Made by a program: the position numbers and the translations under genes. Of a stretch of 64,000 bases of DNA, positions 54,142 to 64,000 are shown piece by piece. Source of the DNA: Eledone cirrhosa (taxonomy: Eukaryota); assembly GCA_964016885.1 (NCBI GenBank), contig OZ024742.1:270010001-270074000 (forward strand). The letters run 5' to 3'. The notes beneath the pieces are model-generated. The model saw nothing but the letters and a program-made list of their open reading frames with translations. It did not search any database and was not told where the DNA came from. How positions within the stretch are numbered: position 1 is the first letter of the stretch; each line of letters opens with the position of its first letter.

Positions 54142-54613
54142 TACCCATCTTCCGGCTTCTCTGGAGAATTGTAAAAGCACATATCGTTATATGCTTTTTC
54201 TATGAAAATTAGTAGTGGGTAGACTAATTTGCATAGAACGTGAGTCATTGTACGCACCGGTTCAGCGGAAACGATAAAAACAAATAACGAAACGAAATTA
54301 AATTTCGTTTCGCTTCTAACTCACTTTTGTATGACTGACGCTTAAACAATTAAGTTAAAGACAACACTCATCTTTTTCTATTTCTCCGAGGGTTATAAAC
54401 CCCACTATCAGGCTAGACATTTCTTTAGTCTAAAATACGGTGAAAGCTTATAATTTCTAATATATATATATATATATAATACTATTTATAGTTATGTATA
54501 TAGTATAAATAACTATAAACCAGAAGGTCAGTAATTTCTTAATTACCTTATTACCATTAAGAGAAATAGCTCAATGTATGAACATCAGTTGTTTTACAGA
54601 GCAGGAAAATAAA

Positions 54614-55081
54614 TAAATTATACAATTATCCAAGTTGTGTTCAAATCATTTAATAGCTGACAATCGTTTCTTCCAAACTCTCCTTTGGAGACATCGGATC
54701 ATTACCAATGTTTGCACATATAATCAACCTCCTATTCAACTGAACAATAATACATATAAGTTGATGTTGTGAGCAACAGTTTCGTATTTACGATGTGGAA
54801 TGGATGTGACATATATTTTACGAGAATTGTACAATATTTGTACAAACATTCAAGTTCAAGTTCAAATTCAAATTCAAATTAAATTAAAATCAAAATCAAA
54901 AGCACTCTGTAAATACGAAACTGTTGCTCACAACATCGACTTATTTGTATTATTGTTCAGTTGAATAGGAGGTTAAATATATGTGCAAACATTGATAATG
55001 CTCCGATGATCCAAAACGAGAGTTTGGAAGAAACGATTGCCAGCTATTAAATGATTTGAACACAACTTTGATAATTGTATA

Positions 55082-55086
<5 letters not shown>
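54614..55086. repeat. ~175-bp inverted repeat with decayed hammerhead in each arm
   Basis: 54614-54791 is inverted at 54909-55086. Arms read GCU-CCGAUGA-UCCAAA..UUUGGA-A-GAAACGAUUG(U/C)C-AGC. Confidence 0.8.
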
Positions 55087-55117
<31 letters not shown>

Positions 55118-55299
55118 GCATGTATGTATGTATGTGTGCATGCGTGTATGGATGCATGCGTGTATATTTGTGTCTAGACATTGGCAGCATTGTATCTATT
55201 AGCGAGATTTCCGGGATGTAACTGTGAACGTCATACCGGGATATATTTACTTTATCCAACTGAATAACAAGAAATGAAAACTAGACAGTTAATTGATAT

Positions 55300-55990
55300 A
55301 ATTTTCTCTAATATTACAAGGTTTACAAGACTACATAGAACAGTCCATTGTGGAAGCAAATTCCATGATATGTCTTTATTTTCGTATTCCGTCTATTTGA
55401 ACATTGGTAAATAAATCAAGGTTACTATCGGACACTAAGCAATGCATTGTATTTTGGAGGAAATCTAATCAATATTGATTGAAATGTTTGTTGAATTTTT
55501 TTTCAGACAGTCAATCGTATAAATAATGTTATGTTATATTACACACGCTAAAAGCAACTTCAACTTTCGAACTGATGAGATTGATACAAAACCTTTGTAT
55601 GACTAAGAAAGTAGACGTGTTATTAGTATTCTAAGCATAGTTTTTCATTATAAATAGGATGTGTAATTAAAACTGTCGTGCTGTGTTTTAAGGTAAAACA
55701 AAATTAATGATACTAATAATGAAAGTGAAATTACAAGAAAAATAACAAAATAACAAATAAGATATTCACGAAATAACAGTAATCACAAATATACTCGTTG
55801 AACATATATGCTTTCCAGGCAATTATTTACAAATTAGTAAATCAATGTATATTGTTGATTCAAATTTGCACTGAGGTTTTGGTTTATAAAGAGCCACAAT
55901 ATTTACGATGACATTGCATATTGTTAAATGTGTAATGAGCGTGTCTGTCTGTTGACTCGATATATTATGACCTGTAATTACGAAGTGTAA
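55300..55990 (-). pseudogene. Putative decayed class A GPCR pseudogene
   Basis: LTICNVIVNIVALYKPK..STIYI (TM1/ICL1), YMFNEYICDYCYFVNILF (ECL1/TM3), CSLVNLVI (TM7). Confidence 0.38.
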
Positions 55991-56501
55991 GTAGAAATTA
56001 TTAAACATAATATTCCTTAGAGCATATATGAACTATTGCACATATGTGAATTATTTCACATATATGAACTATTTCTTCAATGAAGCAGACCAAACATTTG
56101 GCAAGATTTGATTACTTAACATTTTTATATAAGAGCGACTATTGATGCGGTCAGAAGAATAGTACTATCTTTATAACAACTGAAACTCTCGAAACGCCAG
56201 TATAAATACGAGATGAGATGGAACTATCTACATATACGTCTTTCAAATATTTCTGTACCCATTATACGACCCAATGGATATTTAGTGCCTGTATATATAT
56301 ATTTAACATGTCTGTATTTTTCCTTGTGGCAGTATTAAGATGGCAACATGCTTCTGGTCGGATTTTGAATTGTATCACTATTACTTATAGTGATTACTCT
56401 GAGGTATAATTTATTGATAATTCTCTCATTGAGTAATTTGTGACAGTCTTTGAAAATCGATTGCGTATCTGCTCCTCCCAGCTGCAACTTCGGTTATACT
56501 C

Positions 56502-56544
<43 letters not shown>

Positions 56545-56685
56545 AGGGAGTGTAACTTGGAGTTACTATATGTTCACCCGGGTGACCACTCGATGTTTAA
56601 GTTCACTTCTGTGTCGAGGTGTAGAGCTAAAAAGAGATATTATAGTAAAATGAAATAAAACAAGGGCAATTACATTTATTGGTTC

Positions 56686-56770
56686 GTGACGCGCGTTTCG
56701 CCACTGATCAGCTCAAGTTTCAATCTGTATCAATCTAGCCCCACTCTGTAATCCGTGGCTCGTCAGACCC
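56686..56770 (-). ncRNA. Type I hammerhead motif with long stem II loop
   Basis: GGGU-CUGACGA-GCCAC(~50 nt)GUGGC-GAA-ACGCGCGU-C-AC; palindromic stem III, weak stem I. Confidence 0.65.
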
Positions 56771-56938
56771 GTTACAATTGTAATGGAAAGCCCCCAGGGC
56801 TTTCCCGATGATATCCTCCGAATGAAAGAGTTCTAGTCCTGTAGAAGCCATTTCTATATTAAATATGTATACATTGCTATGTTTTGAGTACCTTACTTAC
56901 CGTGGTTACCCACGGGATAAACATATGTATATATATAT

Positions 56939-56984
<46 letters not shown>

Positions 56985-57199
56985 ATACTTGGGGAGGGTC
57001 ATATATGTGTAATATTGCCAGCATTAATAGCAGAACACAACTCACTGTTTAGTTGCTTTTCGCTTTTCGCTTCTGTGTATTTTATATCGGTAATCTAATT
57101 TATTCGGACCTCAATGATCCCATTGACTGACCAACGGTAAAAAATAACACATATATATAGTTTACCAAAGTTATTTCGTTGCACATCTGCAACATCGTC

Positions 57200-58700
57200 A
57201 GTGGTGCTATTGTTTCCTCCCGTTGCATTGTATTTTCTACGCCATCTTTATTTAGTCTGTTTATATGTTTATTTATTTGTTTATTTTATTTTGTCTTCTT
57301 TGCGCATGCGTTTGCGTGTGTTTATAGTGTTTTGTTTGATGTGTGTTCGTGATAGGGTGACTGTGTATTGGTTAATGTATTCTACCTTTACTACTGTTGA
57401 TTTATATGTGTTTGTTGTTATTGTGCTTGTGTATGTATTTATTTATTTATTTATCTATTTATTTATTTATTTATACTTCTCTTAGGTCAGTGTTGTTTGT
57501 TTGGGTGTTGTTATTCCATTCATTTTTTTCTGTTTAGCCTTGCCTTCTAAGTTCTATTTCACTGCCTCTCTGATTTGCCTATCTGCTGGGTCATTTCTAT
57601 GTTTAGATTATTCTAATTTCTATGCTGTCTATGTTACCGTCGTGTTGTTGTTTGGCATTTTCGTATAGTACTGAACCGTTTTTTCGTCCTTTTAGTTCCC
57701 CCAGTGTTGGTCTATCCTTTTACCTATACTACGAGCTGTCTCGCCTATGTATGTTGTTGTCATGTTTCTGCAAGTACCCTCTGTACATCTTATGCTATAG
57801 ACTAGGTTTCTAGTTTAACAGTTTATCCGGAGGTTTACCTTACATAAGATGCATTTCCTATTAGTACAGTGGGTTTTCTTAAAAGGGTAGGTTTTGCTGA
57901 TCAGGGATTTTCTGGTGGTTCCTGGCTTTTCTACCACCTTAATCTTTAAGTTGGTCTTTCTCGGGGCCTTTCTACACTGGTTAGCTAATTTCCCTCCAGG
58001 GGTCGCGTCCACAAACATGACACTCTGGTATCTATGGTTGTAGTACCATGAGGTGGCTTTCCCTATCTTATGTCTAGCCCTATCTAAGCTATTCCATGAT
58101 TTGCTCCTGTATAATGGGCAAATTCCTTTCATGTCCAGTTCTATGAGGGTCTTATACTTCTCCATGACTCCTTCGTATACACCGACTCTGTCTCTTTGAT
58201 TGTAGCCAGAGAACTGCATGTGGTTGATGAATTGTTGGATGTGTCTTTCCATTTATGTTGGGTCGCACATGCGGGACACATTCTTCATCACTCGTACCAA
58301 ATCTGCGATCAGAATAGTAAACTTAGCACTACTGGACATTGCTGAGTTTTGAGTATCAGGTATTTGGAGACCATGCGTTTAGCATAGTGTGAGTGGAGAA
58401 TTTGGGCTCTCTCGTCTATAGTGTTAATCCAGAGTTCCGTGTCTAATGCAGGTAGTCTATTGTTAGGGTGTTTGGAAGGGTGTTTGGAAGGTAGTCGATA
58501 GTTACAGTTATTACTGGTGTATGGAATTAGCTATCTGGTGGATTCTTTCCATTGTGCTACGTTCTAAATCAAACTTGTTAGTGCTCTCTAGTGGTGATGT
58601 TCTTATAACTATATTGATACAGTCTACGTAACGAGAGGTCAATGGAGCTCTCATTAAGGAGAACTTTATGTGTGTTCTGTTATTAATTCTGGCAATATTA
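57200..58700 (-). mobile_element. Penelope-like element fragment (RT C-terminus, thumb, GIY-YIG)
   Basis: MQFSGY..PLYR..SWY..SVMFVDATPGGKLA..KIKVVEKPG..CTNRKCILC; R.I.EA and N.K.EW remnants downstream. Confidence 0.75.
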
Positions 58701-58787
58701 CACAACAATGACCCTCCCCAAGTATAACTATATTTGTTTCGACATACGATTTCATATAAAAAACCTCGCAAAACTAATTCATCGCCG

Positions 58788-58844
<57 letters not shown>

Positions 58845-58845
<1 letters not shown>

Positions 58846-60325
58846 GTCCTTTAGACTCCTCGAAAAACACTTCCAATTACAACACCGCTACCACAACATA
58901 ATCAACAAAAACACCATCAAACTATCCTACAGCACCACATCTAACTTCGCACAAAACATCGTCTCCTCAAACAACAATACACTCAACCCCTATGGAAGAA
59001 ATAACCTAGACATCAGTGGAGAGCCGACCAGGAGGTGTAACTTCCCTGATAGATCTACATCCCTCCTCAACAACAAATGCCGGGAACGGAACGTGATCTA
59101 CTAGTGTAATGTGAGGATGGACACCTCCAACAAAGCTTATATAGGATTAACTGCGTGTGACTTCAAGACCCGGCTCTACCAACACCGGCGACATGCCACT
59201 ACACTTTCGGGCAACATCTGGGACCTCCAAGATAATAATATAACCTAAAATCTCACTTGGGGCTTACTATCCAGAGATAAATCTTACACGGGAGGATGGC
59301 GTCCGTGTAACTTATGCTCGGAGGAAACATTACAAATGTTGTTTTCCAAGGACCAACTCCTAAACAAGAAATACGAACGGATAACCGCAAGCAAACACAG
59401 ATTGCGTAGGACTTACCTCGCCCTCAAACCCCATAACAACCCGGGTGGGTAGACAAGGGCTGATACCCCCCCCCCCCACTTGCCGAATAAGTTAGTGAAA
59501 ACCACTGTTTCATAGGTAGATGTATCTCTTTTCTTTTCCTCTTTGTCTTCTTCCCCTTTCTCTTCCTATCACTTCCTTCCACACCCTGTTGTCTTACTCG
59601 TCTGATTTTCCCCTTTCGCCTACCCCGATGCAGCCCATCAGGCCTCTGTAGCATCAGTGACCCCAACCCTGTAATTTTAAGATAGAATTGGCCGAATACG
59701 TTTTACTACCAACTTATAGCAGACGTGTTAAACCCCTGTAATATTGTATCAGTGTTGTTACTACTCAATTTCTATAAGTTTATTCTATTCTCAACTTATT
59801 AAGCTGTAATTTTAAGATAGCATTGTGATTTTTTTTATTGATTTCTCACTATCTAATTTTATACATTTTTTTTTTATTTCTGTTATCTTCTATTGTCTCC
59901 TACTCTCATTCGATTTACCTATTCTATAACCCCACTCCTCCACATCATACACTATCCTTAGAATCTGCCGTATACATATCACTTTCAACGCTTGACCGCT
60001 CCACTCACGCCCCTATTGTTCTACAGGCAAGTTCAGACACCCCTACCACCCACCAAATGCCATGATAGCCTTATTTGTATTTACAACACATTTTAACCAA
60101 TCCTCTTGACAATTACAATCTTCCCATATAAGGAAGTACCCCCTTCACAAGTTCCGCTATTTATTCACCAGGCTAAAAATTCTAATTTAGTCCAGAAATA
60201 GCCGTCGAAACGGCTTGTGCTCTGCCGTCGGGATCATCATTTTTCCTATTTCCCACTCTACTACCCTAAGTATTGAGTACTCTGGTGCGTTATGGTCCAT
60301 CTGGTTCTTTACCACAATTCCTTTG

Positions 60326-60327
<2 letters not shown>
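58845..60327 (+). mobile_element. Penelope-like element 3' fragment (same family as 8390-9285) ending in repeat C
   Basis: KHF..HRYHNIINKNTIKLSYST..AYIGLTACDFKTR..CNLCSEE, with stops. Confidence 0.8.
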
Positions 60328-60364
<37 letters not shown>

Positions 60365-61339
60365 TATTATTTTATTATATATATTTCAGGGATCAGGGAT
60401 ACTAAGTTATCCGATGTATACAAATGTGACATACCCATAAAATAGAACGCATGCTATCAGTTTAAAATGGATATGTGATTCGAAATCTCAAACTTCATTG
60501 GTACTTTAAATATTCACCTACAGTTTCTACCTAAGTATAGCTATATGACTTCCATTAAATGTTACGCGCAATTGAAAAAAGATAACAAGAAGGTAATATG
60601 TTACCTATCAGTCACCATATCATCTTCATCGGCATTGTGAGCATTGTGTGGTGTTCTTTAAGCCATTGGAGTGCTTGGAGTTAGTTAATTAATCCCCACC
60701 CTTCATAATTTGAATGTGCAGGGTCACTATTATCTTCTTTTCCTATGACATTCCTGAGATGAAGAAACCTTTCAAATCAGTCTTGGTTTTACCGCACCAC
60801 ATTCTCTTCCTTGATGTAAACACCTATCGACGGGAAATATTTTCATTAACCCACAATCATTCCAGATTATTTCCTGAATCTTTGACATTAGAATTAAAAT
60901 TAAACTTTTTTTTTTCAATTTTTTTTTGTTCCGTTTTAATATTTTTTTTATTTTTATCTTTTTATATGTTTAAACCTTCATATCTCATAATATTGAATTT
61001 CAATACATCCCATATTACATTCAATATGCAACGTAATATACAACGATGCCTTTATTCAACATTAGCTTCATGTTTAAATATAATTTAATTTAATTTTAAT
61101 TTTAATTCCAGTTATACATTCAACGATACACTACATTTTCCCCTATTCATACTTATATGTAATTACTTACTCAACCCTATAATCTATCATATCATGGAGT
61201 GAAACAATGGTATGTAATCTGTTACATTTAATTCATCATGAAAATGTCGTTGATAATGTGTTCACTAAGATATTGACCGACTACGTGTGGTCATTTGAAT
61301 AATGTACATGTCGAACAAACTTCAGTTCTATATCTTTAG

Positions 61340-61810
61340 GGCTTCTTCTTCTTCTTCTTCTTCTTCTTCTTCTTCTTCTTCTTCTTCTTCTTCTTCTTCT
61401 TCTTCTTCTTCTTCTTCTTCTTCTTCTGCTTCTTCTTCTTCTTCTTCTTCTTCTTCTTCTTCTTCTTCGCCCACTTAATCGTGAGAGGTTCGTCGGCGAG
61501 AGCCATCAAACACTCCTTCCAGTGAGACCTGTCGGAAGCAGGCTGGATACCTAATTGAGACAAGGGAAGCTCATAAATGTTATCCAACCATCCTCGTCAG
61601 GGTCTATCTTAGGGTCTCCAGCAGGTTAGCTTTGCCCTTAAAATCTGTCCAGCCATTCTTTTCCGAGACATTCTAACTTCATGCCCATAATATCGGAGCT
61701 GGGATCTCTCAATTCTTAGAAGTATCAGATCTACCTAGAGTGACTGTTTGAACACTGACCTACGCATTATATGGAGTAAAATTACTACAAAGACCTTTCC
61801 GAGGATCCGC
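61340..61810 (-). mobile_element. RTE LINE 3' end with (GAA)n tail
   Basis: Minus strand SQLRYYGH..GRP..GWLDNI followed by (GAA)n, seen as (TTC)n at 61342-61468. Confidence 0.7.
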
Positions 61811-61859
61811 ATTTTGAAAAGAAAGGAAAAAAGAATGAATATCTTACAACTAATTGCTA

Positions 61860-61975
61860 TTCTGAGTTCAAATCCCGCCGAGGTTTACTTTGCATTTCAT
61901 CCTTACGGAGTCGATAAAATAAAGTACCAGCAATGCACTGGATAATTGCTGGCCTTGTGCCAAAAGTAGAAAAGC
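61860..61975 (+). mobile_element. SINE F, 5'-truncated
   Basis: ctgagttcaaatcccgccgagg...ggccttgtgccaaaagtagaaa. Confidence 0.75.
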
Positions 61976-62819
61976 ATATTATTCTCTGAAGATATTTAGT
62001 TCAAATATCAAAGATGGATGTCAAATTGTATATTAAACATAAGTAATAATTCTAAAAGCTACTGACCAGAACACAGACACAAAGAAACACAGCACGAACA
62101 AAAATTACATGTTTAAAACAATTGTGATATAATAATTTTTATTGAAAATGGAATAGAAGCATCAGCCCTCACCTTCAAGAAGTGAGGCCACATAACATCT
62201 GCGAATATAACTCAAATGTTTAATCTTATGTTAAAAACTTTATATTCAAATAGAAAATATTTACAAGTGGGAGAGAACCCCTCTGCGTCCACTAACTACA
62301 ACAGCAATATCACCGCCGCCGCCACTACAAATCCCATAATAATAATAATAAGTATTGTTGTATCTCATAAGTTCTCTCAAAATGTTTAGTTCAAATATGA
62401 AGGAGGGATGTCAACTTGTATAGTAAATATAAGTAACAAGTTGTAAAGCTATTGAACAGAACACAGACAAAAACAAACGCAACATCAAAAGAAAAACAAC
62501 ATTCAAAATAGTTGAAAGCAACATCCACTACCTCCCTCATTGTTATAGCTACGAGCTCAACGCTAGCAAATATACAAAGCAGCAGCGACAGCAACAACAA
62601 CAAAACATGTGACCAATGATACTGGCCTCGGAAAAAAAAAGGAAATAAAAATCAAACAAAAAAGTCAGACATTCAAAAATTACAACGACACCTACAGCTA
62701 CATCGCTGCCACTACCACTACTACCACTGAATAATGAAAATGAAAATGATTTATTGATGTTGATAGTGGTGATGCTGATGATAACGGTTGTTTCTCCTTT
62801 TGGTACAGTACCAGCTATT

Positions 62820-63582
62820 ACCCTAGTGAATTGCTGGTGCTTTGTCTTGTCGACCGCGTAGACGTGAGAAGCGGAGTTGACTTCGGCCCGAATTGGGCTC
62901 AGATCATAAATAGCAAACCCTGATGATAATAATAATTGATTCTACTTTTGGCACAGGGCCAGCAATTGCTGGGGCTCTATTTTATTGACCCCAGAAGATA
63001 ATAATAACTGTTCCTACTTTGGGCACAAGGCCACCAATTACCCAGTGCAATACTGGTCCTTTATATTATCTACCCCGTAAGGATGAATGGCTAAATTAAC
63101 CTCGGCGGGATTTGTACCGAGACCGTAATGGGACGTAACTCTATGCTGCATAGCATGGTATCAGATCCTCTACCGATACAGCCAATCCAATGATAATTGT
63201 TTTTACTTTTGTTTCTAGTTATAAGCAGGGCTCACATTAAGAAAACTTTAAAGTACTTTATTTTATCGACCCCGTAAAGATGAAAGGCAAAGTCAACCTC
63301 GGCGGGATTTGAACTCAGATCGTAAAGGGACGTAACTATGCTGGAAAGCATGGCGTCCGACCCTCTACCGATACTGCCAATCCACCGCCCTGATAATTGT
63401 CTCTACTTTAGGCACAAGGCCAGCAATTACCCAGTGCATTACTGGTACTTTATTTTATCGACCCCGTAAGGATGAAAGGCAAAGTCAACCTCGGCGGGAT
63501 TTGAACTCAGATCGTAAAGGGACGTAACTATACTGGAAAGCATGGCGTCCGACCCTCTACTGATACTGCCAATCCACCGCCC
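62820..63582 (-). mobile_element. Head-to-tail cluster of SINE F copies
   Basis: Copies at ~62820-62910 (old), 62930-62995 (partial), 63000-63190, 63252-63390 and 63392-63582. The last two are nearly identical. Confidence 0.85.
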
Positions 63583-64000
63583 TAATACAGCCAAAATATA
63601 ATGAGGTCATATTTGATTTACTGAGTCATATGAGACACTTACTTTGACGCCCTAATTTTAATGACTGAGGTAATTCCTTCCTTTTAAATTATAAATTTTC
63701 ATTTACTTTATTATAAATGTATAGAGTCAGATTAGTGTAAAATGTAAATTATAGATAGATATCTTTTTTATTTAACATCCTTGTTTATTTAACCTCCTAT
63801 ACATCCTTGTGTTCAAGTGTTTCCATGTATATATTAGGTGTTCTTTCTATATATGTAAGTGTATACATATGTAAATGTATTTTGTATTAAACAGGTAGTT
63901 GTTTTAATATATTCTGCCTATTTTAGGCAGAATTCAGTATTTTCTTCTAGATTAATGTATGTATAGAGGGAGATACACTAGTATTATTGCATATATTTAT

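Larger units (their letters stand above)
52468..54360 (-). repeat. 469-bp x4 tandem array carrying hammerhead ribozymes (candidate ribozyme satellite / non-LTR retrozyme)
   Basis: Units start at 52468, 52937, 53406 and 53875, with 17 nt of a fifth at 54344. Units differ by only a few substitutions. Confidence 0.95.

Noticed and set aside
52346-54212. Repeated 64-72 aa ORFs in the 469-bp array
   Set aside because: No recognisable domain; the plus-strand ORF is broken in unit 3; the RNA structure explains the unit better.
52468-54360. CRISPR array or 5S/snRNA gene cluster
   Set aside because: No unique spacers, eukaryotic context, and no recognisable 5S or U snRNA sequence.

Overview
AT-rich, microsatellite-dense eukaryotic DNA; the repeat content looks cephalopod/octopus-like (inference). 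I found no intact host protein-coding gene. The window contains decayed retrotransposons: a CR1-like LINE, RTE LINEs, two Tx1-clade LINEs, an R4/Dong-type RLE element and many Penelope-like fragments. It also has a Tc1/mariner relic, tRNA-derived SINEs, one tRNA-Asp gene and a probable cluster of heavily decayed class A GPCR pseudogenes. The most notable feature is a near-identical 469-bp x4 tandem array (52468-54360). Each unit carries a type I hammerhead ribozyme on the minus strand (canonical core in three of the four copies) within a highly base-paired unit that also has an octamer motif. This makes it a candidate ribozyme satellite / non-LTR retrozyme producing about 469-nt, possibly circular, RNAs. 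At least six other hammerhead variants occur in dispersed repeats, several at Penelope-like element ends. All calls were made by eye, and the boundaries of decayed elements are approximate.
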